Shown here piece after piece: positions 51,880 through 64,000 of a stretch of DNA of 64,000 bases. A program made the translations under genes and the position numbers. A model generated the notes under the pieces. That model saw only the letters and a program-made list of their open reading frames with translations, did no database searches and was not told the DNA's origin. Location of the stretch: contig NW_025764891.1 of the NCBI RefSeq assembly GCF_003918875.1, positions 2,232,001 to 2,296,000 on the forward strand, in the 5' to 3' direction. Origin of the DNA: Haliotis rubra. Lineage: Eukaryota. Each line of letters starts with the position of its first letter. Position 1 is the stretch's first letter.

Positions 51880-53737
51880 AAAGTATATTGTTCCAGCAGC
51901 TTAACAGACTTCATCTCTTATGTTTTCAGTAACAGAAACTGAGAAAATGGCTGCTTTGAAACCAAAGATACAGCGAGAACAGAAACCAAGAAGTCATAGG
52001 TCATTTGTCAGGAAGATTCCAGGACTTGTGTCTCATGTGACCAACTTTCTGAGTGACTGTTACTACTGGCTGGAGTAAATTTGGCGTTGTCATGGATACT
52101 CAACTGTAGAAAAAGACTATATATTTTTTAAATTGTCAATACGCTTATATTTTAAATATTTTCAGAGCATCATCTTGTAAATATAAACAAGAATTGTTCA
52201 AATACATTGTTATTAATTGGAAAGCAAACTTACAAATTATGTTACGTCTATTTACTGTTCAGCTGGAGGTGTATATGAAAGTAATATTTTATTGCTACAA
52301 TTATCAATTAAAAATTCATTCTCAATCAACACGAAATTCATTGTTGTGGTGATTCGCCCCGATGCCTGAACCATTTTGTTACTCATGGATTGTTCGAGAT
52401 TGGACATATGACATGGGTCTTAATGTAAATAGAGTGAGTGAGTTACGTTTTACGCCGCACTCAGCAAAATTCATTCTAAATGGCGGCGGTCTGTAAATAA
52501 TCGAGTCTGGACCAGACAATCCAGTGATCAACAAAATTAGCATCGATCTACGCAACTGGGAACCGATGACATGTGTCAACCAAGTCAGCGAGCCTGACCA
52601 TCCGATCCCGTTAGTCGCCTGATGACATGTGTCAACCAGGTCAGCGAGCATGACCATCCGATCCCGTTAGTCGCCTCTTCTGACAAGCATAATGTGCTGA
52701 AGAACAATTCTAACCCGGATCTTCAAGGGTTGCAAGTAGAGCCATAAATTGCAGACAACGATAGACGTCGACGAACAGTGTGACCGGGACCGGGGACCAG
52801 AGAGTCAGGAGCACCGTGAGTCTTCACCTCTGTGTACACTGACTGACTGAGTTTGGGTTTACGCTGCTTTTACCAATATTCCAGCAACATCACGGCGGGG
52901 GGACACCAGAAATGGACTTCACACATTGTACCCATGTGGAAATTCGAACCCGGGTCTTCGGCGTGAAGAGCCAACGCTTTAACCACTAGGCTACCCCACT
53001 GCTCCCCTCTGTGTACAATTCAAGCATACAGTTCTATATATGGTGATGATAATTTACACTAATGTGAATGGGTTAGCATGGTTTTTCAGTCGCTTTTAGC
53101 AATATTCCAGCAATATCACGGCGGGGGGACACCAGAAATGTGTTTCACATATTGTACTCGTGTGGGGAATCGAACCCAGGTCTTTGGCGTGACGAGCCAA
53201 CGCTTTAACCACTAGGCTACGTGCATGTCCACCATGAGCTTTGATGCATGTTTGACACCTGCGCCTTATAGAGCCAATCAAACATCGCAAGAAGTCTTCT
53301 GGAATGGCATTCCATATCTGTGGAAGCACCTGGCGGAGTTCCTGATGGGGGATTTGGCCAACGTCTCAATCTCCTCGCCATTTCGTCTCAGACTTGTTTG
53401 ATAGGAAACACATCTGGGGATTTAGCGGGCCAGGGAAGGACGTTAACATTGTGTTGCGCCAAAAACTGCTGAACCACCCTGGCGACACGAGGTCCGGCGA
53501 GGTCCTGCTGGAAGATCATACCTTGACCATTCTGCAGGAGAAAAGGCATGAAAAACAGAGACCCATTAATTTCCATTGATGACAAGCAATGGTGAACGTC
53601 TAGCACTCATGATCCCACCCTAAACCATCACTCCAGCGCCACGGTCGGCCTCAAGGACACAGTTCTTACATAACGCTCACCACGTCGCCGGTAAACTCGG
53701 GTTCGGCCATCAGAGCAAGATGAACTGGACTCGTCAG

Positions 53738-54102
53738 CAGCGTGCGAAATAATTTCCAAATTCTGCTAGCCAGTCGGGGTAGCTATGCCTGAAAATTACC
53801 AGCCCACAAAATAATCCACAAGCCCCAAATTTGAATGTAGAATCTAACTAAGCAACTAAGCAAATTACAAAATAGATGAGAATAACATATTGTCGGCATG
53901 ACACGGGTTTCATCATTAAGCTGCTAATATGATTAGCATTTTTTTATCAGGCCATTATCGTGCATGATTTAGATGTGTATTACAACTTAACAAGTCGGAG
54001 AGAGTGATAAAATGACCCAATGAAATTTTACTAGCTAGTCGGGCCAATGACTGGAGATTTACTAGCCACTGGCTAGCGGGCCTGCTGCTATTTCGCACAC
54101 TG
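53738..54102. mobile_element. hAT-type MITE
   Basis: TIR CAGCGTGCGAAATA / TATTTCGCACACTG and 8-bp TSD CTCGTCAG (53730-53737, 54103-54110). Confidence 0.85.
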
Positions 54103-54339
54103 CTCGTCAGTAAAGTGAACACGTCTCCACTCACGTGCTCTCCGTCGCAGATGTTGTCTGCACTACTGCAGTCGTAAGTTGGTGACGTAATGTCTGGCAG
54201 AACGTCTAGGTGCAGTGTGCAGCCAGACGCCGGTATCCTTTGTGATATCCTGCTGGTACCAGGAACTGATTGTACTGTCAGTGTGGCTGGATGGAATCTT
54301 TGGCGCAGATGGGCGGTTCGAATCCAACGATCACTGCGT

Positions 54340-55045
54340 GGCGTGGCAGTTTGACCTCCAGCAACTTCGGCCGGATCATCCGCTACGTCACAACAAGGAA
54401 GGCGGATGCAGATGTCCTTGTCCGTGTTGTCATGGGCTACCGACTTGGTGCCAGCCCCATCAGCGGCCCATCTCAGCACCGAGCATGAAGTATGCACTGC
54501 GCTACGAGTCGGTGGCCCGAGAAGGCCTAGTCCAGTCCCCGGAGGTGAAGAAGACGGGACTTCGCGTACATCCTGACTACCCCTACCTCCGAGCCAGCCC
54601 TGATGGCATTGTATCCTACGGATGCCATCCAACAACCATCCTTGAGATCAAGTGTCCTTTTTCCTTTAAGAGACATCAGTGTCAGGGAAGCAGTACGGAC
54701 CAGCAAGCTGACCTACCTGAAGCTGGTTCCCGACTTTTCTCTGAAGTTGAAGCAGGAGACTGACCACTATTATCAGATGTAGGGTGCCATGACTGTGGAG
54801 GGAGTCAACAAGTGTGACTTCGTCGTGTACACGAACAAATCCCTGGAGATTCTTTGCATTTCGATCCAATACTTTGGGAGAGAAGTCTTAAGAACCTAAA
54901 AGTATTCTTTGAAGCGTATGTTGTTCCTAAATTATTGACTGGCCGAATTGAGAAACTGTAACCCGCCCAAGACCACCTGTGCCATCTGCCAGAAAGTGCT
55001 GCATGAGGCAGATGATATCGCTGTGGACAACAGCAATGCTGCTTC
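54340..55045 (+). mobile_element. Degenerate YqaJ/lambda-exonuclease-like ORF (second gene of ISL2EU-type transposons)
   Basis: WRGSLTSSNFGRI, MKY..RYE..AR, GLRVHPDYPYLRASPDGIV..ILEIKCPFS, YYQ..G.M..CDFVVYT, then the start of a Cys motif (TCAICQK). Contains frameshifts and stops. Confidence 0.8.
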
Positions 55046-56905
55046 CGGTGACCCGTAAACGTTGTCTCAGTCGACCAACAGTGGAAGGATGCACATTAAA
55101 TGCCTGGCAATCATCACATCTGAAGCACCTTGGCTGACCATGCAATGGCCTGATTCCTTTCGTACAATTCCTTGTACTTTTAAAGGACCTGGGTGCAGGT
55201 AATGCACGTGCACAATGTGTTTCATGAATGTGGTTGTGTTTACGAGAAATGTCAATAACAATTGCGTTTTTAATGGCTTTCAGTATATTTATGTGTAACA
55301 TAATGTGTCCTTTATATGTACCACTCACAATTCGCTCAGGAGCAAATCACTGATCTAACACAAAACTATGCCATGAAGTCACATTTGATTTAACTCTCTG
55401 AGCTTATTGCATCTTGTTGAACCCATACCTGCTACTGACAGGTTTCGTGTAATGGCCAAGGACTCCTCCATGATTTACAAAATGGTTGATTGGAGCCATG
55501 AAAACCATTTTCATGGTTTTATGGTTAGATTGTAGTGGCTGTTTGCCTTAAGAAGTGTTACCATATCATTATTTATCGAGTTTTTAATGGATACAACTTT
55601 ATATTAGAATTCTATGATAAATTTTAGTTGTGAATTTCAGTGATCCTTAGCAAAGTGTGAGTAGTATACATCCCTCTGATGAGTGGTAACTGATAGTAAT
55701 AATCTTCATTGTTTACCATGCTTTTGTATTATATCAAGTGTGACTTGTCACGTGTTATGTGTTGTATTCATATGTAACATGTATTATTAAATAATGTGTA
55801 ATTTTTACATGTATATCCTTAATATGTTTTGAATGTACATTTACATATAGTGACATACAACCCTATTTGACAATAAAAGAGGAACAAGAAAAGTTGCATA
55901 TAAATCAGATTTATTACTCACTTAATTGGATACACTCATGGTTCCACACGAAACTGTCATGGTATATGCTAGCATTCCCGACAGTACTTCAGTATTATTT
56001 ACATATGAAGTGGGAAAAGAAAGATCACAATCAGGATTGCTTCTAACATTGTATAACTTAAATAAATAAGACCATACTGATTCATGTACCATTTATGCTC
56101 AATGACATTTGTACAGATAGTTTGATATTGTTCAGTTTGTAAATAAATAAGTGAACATTTCATTTACATGAAACCATTTACCATGACAAAATATAGGTTC
56201 AATGAAATATTACAGTGAGATTAATGTTGTTCCATCTGTAAATAAATAAGTGAACATTTCATTTAAATGAAATCATTTACCATGACAAAATAAAGGTTCA
56301 ATGAAATATGTACAAGTATTGAGATAGTCAGGTTACCTTTTTATCAGGACATTTACTTATAGTAGACTAAAAAATATCATAATGCTTGACAATCAGTGTA
56401 TGCATATTTTTCAATATGCTTGTATTTTTCCATGATTAATATGAATCAGTATGAGCATATATATTTTAAAATGAAACATCATAATGCTTGTACATTTCTC
56501 AATATATATGTACCATTGTCATGGTAAATGAACTGTAACATTAACATTAATGCAGGGATGGAAATAACCCATTGCCCGACGCCCCAGTCCAGTGGTTTTT
56601 TCTGTTGGGCAAGGAAATTTGTATATCACACTGTCCGGTGTCCTGTTGACTTTCCAATGTTAATTATGTTGTTTATTTAAAAAATCAACAAGAAAATCGG
56701 CCGGTATAGTGGAAAAATTATCAGGGCAAGTGATTTTACATGTGCCACTGTACCGGAGTACACTAGCAATTTTAAAGTTATTTCCACCCCTGATGTGCGG
56801 TGTTCACAAAAAAGATCACATTGGTTGTAAATGTATCAAACAACCTGTACTCCTTCTTTGTCATTACATTGACAAAACACAAGCATAAAATGTCAGAATA
56901 CATTC

Positions 56906-58640
56906 TTAACGGTTTGCAATAGGTCTTTGCGGATTAGCAAGGTATGAGCAAACTCTAAATGTTTGTTCAATCATGAGGTGAGGTGAGGTGAGGTGAAATT
57001 GGGTTTAACGTTGTGCTTGAGAATATTTCGCTCACAAGAAAGCCGCTCATATGACAACGTGCATGCGTGTGTATGTGTATGTGCGGCTGCTTGTACTAGC
57101 CCAGACTGAAGCTGGTTTTATAGTGCTAGCCCACTGAGATACCATGCCGCAGTGAAGCATGAACACCCCACTCAGACACATTATACTGACTCCGAGCCGA
57201 CCAGTCCTTGTTGTACCCATTAATGTCGAGCGCCAGGCAGGGACCAACAAGTACCATATTTTAACGTCTTTTCGTATGACATGGTCGGGGATCGAACCCG
57301 CGACCTTCCGCTCTCCGGGCGGACGCTCTAACCACTACACCACGGAGGCGGTCTTTGTTCAATCATGTCCTCTTGTTCCATTCGGATAGATTTCTCAAGA
57401 ATGTGGACAGTCTTCATGCACTGGATGATACGTTCGATGTGTATACGTGCACTGCTGATTTGTGCTGAGCGCCGAGCTTCAGTAGCAAAGAACTGAGGTC
57501 TGTCTCGGCCCTTCCAATGTGGCATAATCATCTTAACACCAAGTCAGCGGAATTCTTCAGTCACGAAGAAACTGCGGTCGGCCATGACACTGGAACCAGG
57601 AGCTGGGTTGGACATGAGCTTCTCACTGCTGACTGTTATGTGCTTGTATGTAGCTCTTCCTTGTGCTGACACAAAATTCATAGCTTCATGTGGGCCTATT
57701 CCAACTAGAAATTTTACTGTGTCATAGTGTTTGCAGTTGGAAAATGGTTCTTTCCAAGCCCGAAGGTCCATAGAGCACTGTGAGAAGAGTTCTGTGCAGT
57801 CGAGCATTATCCTTACTTCTGGAAATGGGTCCATACATGGCATTGTCTGCACATGACTGAGATCAACTGCGACCATTTCAAAACAGTCAGTCAACTCCTT
57901 GTTCATGAAGTTGATCAAACTTGTGAAGATTCTTAACAAAGTAGGTACACTTACTCCAGTTGCATGTCTCTAAAATCCATACCACGCTCAAGTCGCACGA
58001 GGAATAGTTCCAAGGAACAGTTCCTCTTGGAAGTTTAGTGTGCGTTCCATTCCAGGCTTCTTATTGGAAAGATGTGTGTTGTTAGATGACTGCTGATGTT
58101 TCCAGTAGTTACTTCCCGTCACATCTTCTGTGCAGAACCAGTCAGTACTTCAAAAGTATCGTTGTTTGGTAGATAAGACATGTAATGGAAATTGGCATCA
58201 TTGCCCTTATAGCTGGATAGACATAGGGCCTTCTTCAGATTTTCATTCTCACGCTGAAGGTGCTGAAGTTGAAGTTTTAATCTCTCCACCTCTTTGAAGG
58301 GAGTCTCATTTACATAGGGATAGACGTAGTCATGGTCCATCCGAGACGGTATGACCTGAGGCTCCTCTTCAGGAGCAGGTGCAGACTCTTCTTGCTCTGA
58401 GACAGAAGGAGAAGATAGCCTGTTTTTACTGGATGTGCTGGGTGGAGACAGAGGTAGGGTTTTTGGAGCCGGGAGATGAAGCAGGACAATCAGGGGAGAT
58501 CTTGTGGCAGACACGCTTAGCTGGAGGTGACACAGCTTTGGATGAATTCAGGGTGGTTCGTCGCTTGATCGGTTTCTGGCGAGAAGGGAAGATAGTTGGG
58601 ATATAGCCTGGTTCCTTTGGATTGTCCGATTTCTTGCCTG
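56906..58640 (-). mobile_element. Degenerate ISL2EU/Harbinger-type DDE transposase with a THAP-like N-terminal remnant
   Basis: GKKSDNPKEPGYIPTIF (THAP C-terminal box), DHDY, IMLDCTEL, FSNCKHYDTVKFLVGIGP, VMADRSF, ISSARIHIERIIQCMK, VCSYLANPQRPI-stop. Confidence 0.8.
56976..57353 (-). mobile_element. tRNA-derived SINE, family C (central domain resembles the Meta domain), inserted in the transposase
   Basis: tRNA head with A/B boxes, GTCATACGAAAAGACGTTAAAATATGGTACTTG core, (CCTCA)n tail, 14-bp TSD TTTGTTCAATCATG. Confidence 0.85.
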
Positions 58641-61015
58641 TAGAGAAAATGAACTGTTTGAGAGGCATTCTAGAAGTTGGTAGTGTCAGAAATGACGAGG
58701 AATAGCTTTGAGGGGCCGATGCAGAATTCATCTACATTTTAGGGGGTAAATTATCTTGTTTACAGGCTTGTATAAACCTGAAATCGTGATAATTGTTGTG
58801 GAAAATGAAAGCTATATGTTCTCACAATCTACTGGCATTTAATTTTGTCTCCTGCTTTGCCTAGTTTCGGAAGTTACAACTTGTTTTCATAGGCGGCTTC
58901 TGTCACAATTGATTGGTGTCGTTAGGGCCCTATTTGTATAATGAGCTGATCCAAATTGATCCATTTCTGTGTTTTTTACCTCGATATTTAATCATGTCAT
59001 GTAAAAATCTGTTTGTATTCTCAAAACAGTGTCGGCCCATAAGTTTTCACATGCAATACAGCAATTAATACTCCCTTGTTGTAACCGTGTTAGGTGGTAT
59101 AAACCTACACATGTTATTTGTCATCATTCACTTGATGGTCAGTTAATGAATTTATAACAGGTATAATTAGTGGTAAGACACTTAGATTACCCGACAAAGG
59201 TTCCCATTTGGCATTTCTTGTGTCTGGAGTAAATATTCAACATTATAAACATCGATCAAAGAAATAACCGATAACGCGCTGATTGATTAATTACTTTTAT
59301 CTTACACAGCCGGAATTGTCAAAAGGTAGTGTTTATGTATGTAGATTTACTAATTTATACTGAATACACTCTGCCGTGTCAGTGTCTGCGTAAAACAACG
59401 TCCTTCTTTCAAAGGATTAACCGGCAATACATTGATTGATTGCCCATTATTGGCTAACTAAATTACTGTTTTTTTTAATGAAAGGCGGACATTATGCAAT
59501 TAGTTGCCAGGTGTGCTATCTTGGGTGACCAATGAGACTATACACCAATACCTGAAAAGATTTATCACTTTTTCGTATATTAAACTGTTAAAAAGACACA
59601 TCATTTGGAACAGTTTTGTGGATATTGATGGATACATTCCTCAAACAAGGTAATGGCCTGATATTGTTCCTATAACTTTAATCTGTTTTAATTTTAATAT
59701 TTGCATTTTGTGTTTTATTCATTTGTCGTAGAATTCAACAGAATCATTGTTTTAGCCGTGAAGTGTAATGAGACAGACAACATACACTAGGGTGTGTGCG
59801 AATTATGATTCACATTGGCAAACTATAAAATGTCTAGATATTACAGTTCTGTTATAAATTCACTATAAGTATCAGCAGATCGTCAGCTTTTATTTAGTTT
59901 CAAAATGCATAAAAGTATGATAATAAACTAATTAGGATTATAAGACCAAATATAAAGACGCTTACATTGACTAGTATCTACATACTGGTGAGTGGACATT
60001 AACCATGTGAATGTAGCAAGAAATTTATCGCTAAGAAAGTATTGTGACTTCGACCCCCACCCTCGCTTCCGTGGAAGAAATCGTTATGTTATAAGTTGTG
60101 TCATGCAAAATCCTTTTGGTTATGATTCCAATACATATTTAACTTCACAGTAGAAAGTAGTTTTGATTTTCTAACTTGATGAAAACAAACTATAATCTCA
60201 TTCATTCTAACAGACTTTACGATTTTCAAAAATGGAAGGCAACCTGTCGGGAACATCCGCCAGTCTGTGGATAAATGCTATTTAGGTTTTGTTTTCACCG
60301 AGTTACAAAAATCAAAACTACTTTCTATTAATAAAATATATTTTAATGATAGCCATGGGATTTTGCATGACATAGCGTATAACATAACAATTCTCTCCTG
60401 GCAGCGGAGGTAGGGTCAATATAATACTACTTACAATATTATTGTTACTTCGACCACAACCTCACTTCCGCAGGAAGAAATCGTTATGTTACAAGTTGTG
60501 TTATGGAAAATCTATATGGTCATCAATCATATACATATTTTTACTATAACTAGTAAGTAGTTTTGATTCTTTAACTTCCGTGAAGCGATCTGAACACAAG
60601 TAAGATATCGTTTCAGGCTTCCACAGCTAAACCGCTGCTCACAAACATAACCCATTTAGCACTAACTGCGCGGGTCCTGTGGAAATCTGTGCATGGTGAC
60701 ACCATTCGCCCGACCCCTAGGAGCAATTGACGACAACGATTCGGCATGTCGTCGTTGATGTTGAGAAATCATCAAAATGATGAGCGTGCTACACACTTTC
60801 TATACAACTAACTGAAAATCGTTCCTCATATGACGTCACTGCAGTGCTCTGGCGACAGAGTTACGTAACCTGTCTGTGGTTTCGATGGCGGGCGAGAGGG
60901 AAGCAGGCGACTTTTTGAGCACTTTTAATCGCTCGGTATTAATTAACCACAAGTTTTTAAAGAATAAATTTGGTGTCTTTCAGTGGCATTTAGAAGTTGT
61001 ACATTGAAGTCCAAG

Positions 61016-61059
61016 TTCACCTGATGAAGGGACCTGGAATGGTCTCGAAACGTTGTGAG
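61016..61059 (+). ncRNA. Minimal type I hammerhead ribozyme motif (Penelope-like element remnant)
   Basis: TCAC-CTGATGA-A-GGGACC(TGGAAT)GGTCTC-GAA-ACGT-T-GTGA: conserved core, stem II, palindromic stem III, and stem I TCAC/GTGA. Confidence 0.6.
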
Positions 61060-61214
61060 AGAAATTAAAAAAGAAGTTTAGTCCATAAAAAATATCTTGG
61101 AATAAATTTGGTGTTCCGCATAAGACTAACCACAAATATTTCATATTTAATGGTTAAAAGAGTAACAAAAAACAAAGTTTAGTGGTTCTTTAAGGATATT
61201 GTGTAATAAAGAAG

Positions 61215-61520
61215 ATGGATATCCATAAAGACTCGTCATTTCTGCAGAGAAAATTAAATTGTATTACCAAATCCATGAAACGATAATCAAATTGAAATAA
61301 ACAATCTTCCAAATCAAGACGACTGGAAATGCTAGAAAAAATATTTCCTGCTTTTATGTGATGATAAAATCCATAAAGACTTCGTCATTTCTGCAGAGAA
61401 AATTAAATTGTATTACCAAATCCATGAAACGATAATCAAATTGAAATAAACAATCTTCCAAATCAAGACGACTGGAAATGCTAGAAAAAATATTTCCTGC
61501 TTTTATGTGATGATAAATAA
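61215..61520. repeat. ~150-bp direct tandem duplication
   Basis: ATCCATAAAGACT...TTTTATGTGATGATAAA occurs twice, near-identical. Confidence 0.9.
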
Positions 61521-62396
61521 ATTCTATTTTTATTCTTATTATCAAGGATATGACGTCAGAACAGCACTTTACCTTTACGGTAATGGCATACTGACTTAAG
61601 TTTATTTACTGACTGACTGAGTTTGGTTTTACGCCGCTTTTAGCAATATTCCAGCAACATCACGGCGGGGACACCAGAAATGGGATTCACACATTGTGCC
61701 CATGTGGGGATTCGAACCCGGGTCTTCGGAGTGACATGCCAACGCTTTAACCATTAGGCTACCCCACCGCCCCTAAGTTTATTTAAATAAGTAACTGCTT
61801 CCTGTAAATATCACCACTTCACATATACCCAATATACAACAATTTCGAAGATCGATGCTCATGCTGTTTATCACTGGATTTTCTGATCCAGACTCGATTA
61901 TTTACAGATCGCCGCCATATAGCTGGACTCTCCCACTCACTCAGCCAATGTATAAAGTTTTACCTCAAGTTTTATATAACCTGATTTTCAGCTGCATGTC
62001 GTTTCAGTCACTAGGCATTAGGGTTGGGTATTGCCAAAATTTACGTATCGCGATATATTGCGATATGTGTTGGCGTATTGCAATACTTATTGCAATATAT
62101 TGTGAAAGTGTGACACATGGTTTAGCTCTTTCAACACCAGTCAACCAGAGGCTTTTACTGCCATGACACCGAGATCCCAGAGACCCTGAGGCCATAGATG
62201 AGGCCTAAGTTACGAATGGAGATAAATAGTTTCTTTGCGATTATCGATTTTCATTATTAATTCCGGGATTATACAATTATCTTTTTGCTGATATTTGTTA
62301 ACGACATAAGAAACGTATTTTACTTTACATACCTTTCAAGGAGTGGCCATGTTTGGAAATTCAGAGTTATCTATCTTTGGAAATATTCCTAGACTA

Positions 62397-62598
62397 AATC
62401 TTTGAAGGGCATTTAGAAGTGGAATGCATAAGAAAAGCGAGATAACACGACGTTTCGGAGTGTATGCTTGCTCCTGATGAAGGGTAGACTGATACCCTCC
62501 CCACTTGGAATGAATGAATGATGAAGGAGCAAGCATACACTCCGAAACGTCGTGTTGTCCACAATAAAGAAGTTGACATCTATAAATCTTGCTTTTCT
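62397..62598. mobile_element. Penelope-like remnant with an internal inversion and hammerhead-like cores
   Basis: Flanking 13-bp direct repeat TATTCCTAGACTA. Perfect 32-bp inverted repeat at 62444-62475 / 62525-62556. TGATGAAGG...CCGAAACGTCG followed by AATAAAGAAGTTG. Confidence 0.65.
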
Positions 62599-64000
62599 TA
62601 TTCCTAGACTAGTCGTGAACATGGCCACGAGATAGGTACGAGTCGCCATCCGGCTTGCCGGAATGACACGAGTAGTTACGAATGTCTGCTATAAGCTCGT
62701 GATTGGTCAAAATCATGCACGTGAGCTAAGGCAACCAATATTATTACAGCAATGGATACCGTCCTCGTAAACGAAAACTTTAGATTTAGACGAAAGTTTT
62801 GGGTAAAATCATCCTATTCTGAACGGGTTACGCACAAAATCACCACCTTATGGAACTTAGTTGTCGTATCCTGCTTGGTTATGACCTGTGACAAAAATGC
62901 TTCAAGCATATATTTTAGCATTAAACATTGTGTGCAAGCGTGAAGTTCGAGGCGACGAAAGCCGAAATGTTATTTGGCTTACATTTCATGATCGCACTCA
63001 AAAAGATGGAAAATAGTAACTTATTATGTACGTTTGACAACTTTTATGAGTACTGTTCTTGATTTTATTCTTTAGATTATTCAATTTGTTGAATTATTTC
63101 CTCGAAACATCGTTACTTTGCTCTTTGACAACTTTGATGTGGACCCGTTGCCGAATAATTTTTTTGTTTTTAAAAACATTGCGAAAAATAGTTTATATTT
63201 CTATTTCTGTCGATAATATATGTTCATTTGAAATGTAATAAGTATTTTCAGACATTGTGAAAAGTGATAGATTTAATAAGTGAATCATATGTTAGGTAGG
63301 TTCCTAAAATTATATACCATTTTGATGCGCCTACTGCCAGGCCGGTTTACCGCCTTTCGGTGTCTGGGGACCTGTGACGTCTTGGCGGTTTTCCGGCCTG
63401 TGGTGTTGAATGGGTTAACTAAGGTGATGAAATTACTATCGTCCTTTCATTTGAAACAATACCACTGGCCACTTTCAGCACACAAATGTGATTGACCAAT
63501 ATACATTCTCAAAACTATTAATGTGTAATGATATAAAGGAAATACAAATCTTATTAGTATTTTTAACTACATCACGAAAATTACCGATCATGGTCACGGA
63601 AATTGCCGATCGTATCGGGTGAACCGGTTCGCGAAAAGTGTACCGCAATATCTCGTACTCCGAAGTTCGAATTGCAACATTTTGTACTTGGGCTTACTTC
63701 CCTCGAAACGAAGCACCCAGGATACCGAACCCAGTCGGGCGGGTGGGTGTGCCCTCAAGTGTAACGAGGACTTTCATTCAAATTCATTGGCTGGTTCATT
63801 TGCCAAATTTAGTGAATTGTTTGAACTCTGATTTCGTGGGGGTGTGTGTGTGTGTGTGTTTCATCGCATTATTTTTCAACTTTATAAGTTAAATTTGCAT
63901 TAAGTCCATGTAAGTCCATACTAAAAGGTATTAGAACCTGCAAAGTTGTGTTTTACGTTGCATGTGACCTTTAAGTAGATGCACTGAATTTTCTACAGAC

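Larger units (their letters stand above)
43060..52325. repeat. Inverted segmental duplication: arms ~43060-45795 and ~49775-52325, with a ~4-kb spacer
   Basis: Exons, introns 1-2, proximal promoter and 3' region are reverse complements of each other at high identity. Confidence 0.9.
53220..55320 (-). mobile_element. Fragmented Tc1 transposon interrupted by a hAT MITE and a YqaJ fragment
   Basis: 5' part 55045-55320 (AFNVHPSTVGRLRQRLRVTGS); middle 54103-54340 (DRWIRTAHLRQRF..FTDES); 3' part 53220-53737 (FQQD..PRVAR..LPWPAKSPD, IWNAIP..LIGSIRRRCQTCIKAHGGH). Confidence 0.8.

Noticed and set aside
53955-54635. 226-aa minus-strand ORF
   Set aside because: Chimeric read-through across antisense YqaJ, Tc1 and MITE sequence.
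54340-55045. Phage/viral recombinase implying horizontal transfer or an endogenous virus
   Set aside because: A YqaJ ORF next to a THAP-DDE transposase is explained by ISL2EU-type transposons, and no other viral genes were seen.

Overview
AT-rich, intron-containing animal DNA. It is probably a mollusc (gastropod-like); this is inferred from the repeat and gene content only. Five spliced gene models were reconstructed by hand. (1) An ENPP6-like phosphodiesterase (+, 1.9-8.1 kb) whose 3' exons are scrambled and frameshifted. (2) An intact 156-aa calmodulin-like four-EF-hand gene (+, 13.95-15.79 kb). (3) A DEG/ENaC (ASIC-like) channel (-, 18.95-37.3 kb, 10 coding exons, ~693 aa) with a large ectodomain insert and a 1-nt frameshift. 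(4, 5) A head-to-head inverted pair of tandem-CBM20 glycogen/starch-binding genes (43.5-45.6 kb - and 50.0-51.9 kb +). The rest is two abundant SINE families with a shared tail, a third SINE, a solo LTR, Tc1, Harbinger, hAT and ISL2EU-type DNA transposon remnants, MITEs, LINE fragments, Penelope-type hammerhead motifs and minisatellites. Best leads: the CBM20 pair with CRE+CLEAR promoters and a +1 frame break at TTY-TGA at the same position in both copies; a headless SINE family starting with a predicted pseudoknot; a ~22-copy array of a self-masking splice donor; and an 81-bp antisense copy of a splice acceptor. Four of the five genes carry frame lesions, so assembly error must be excluded first.
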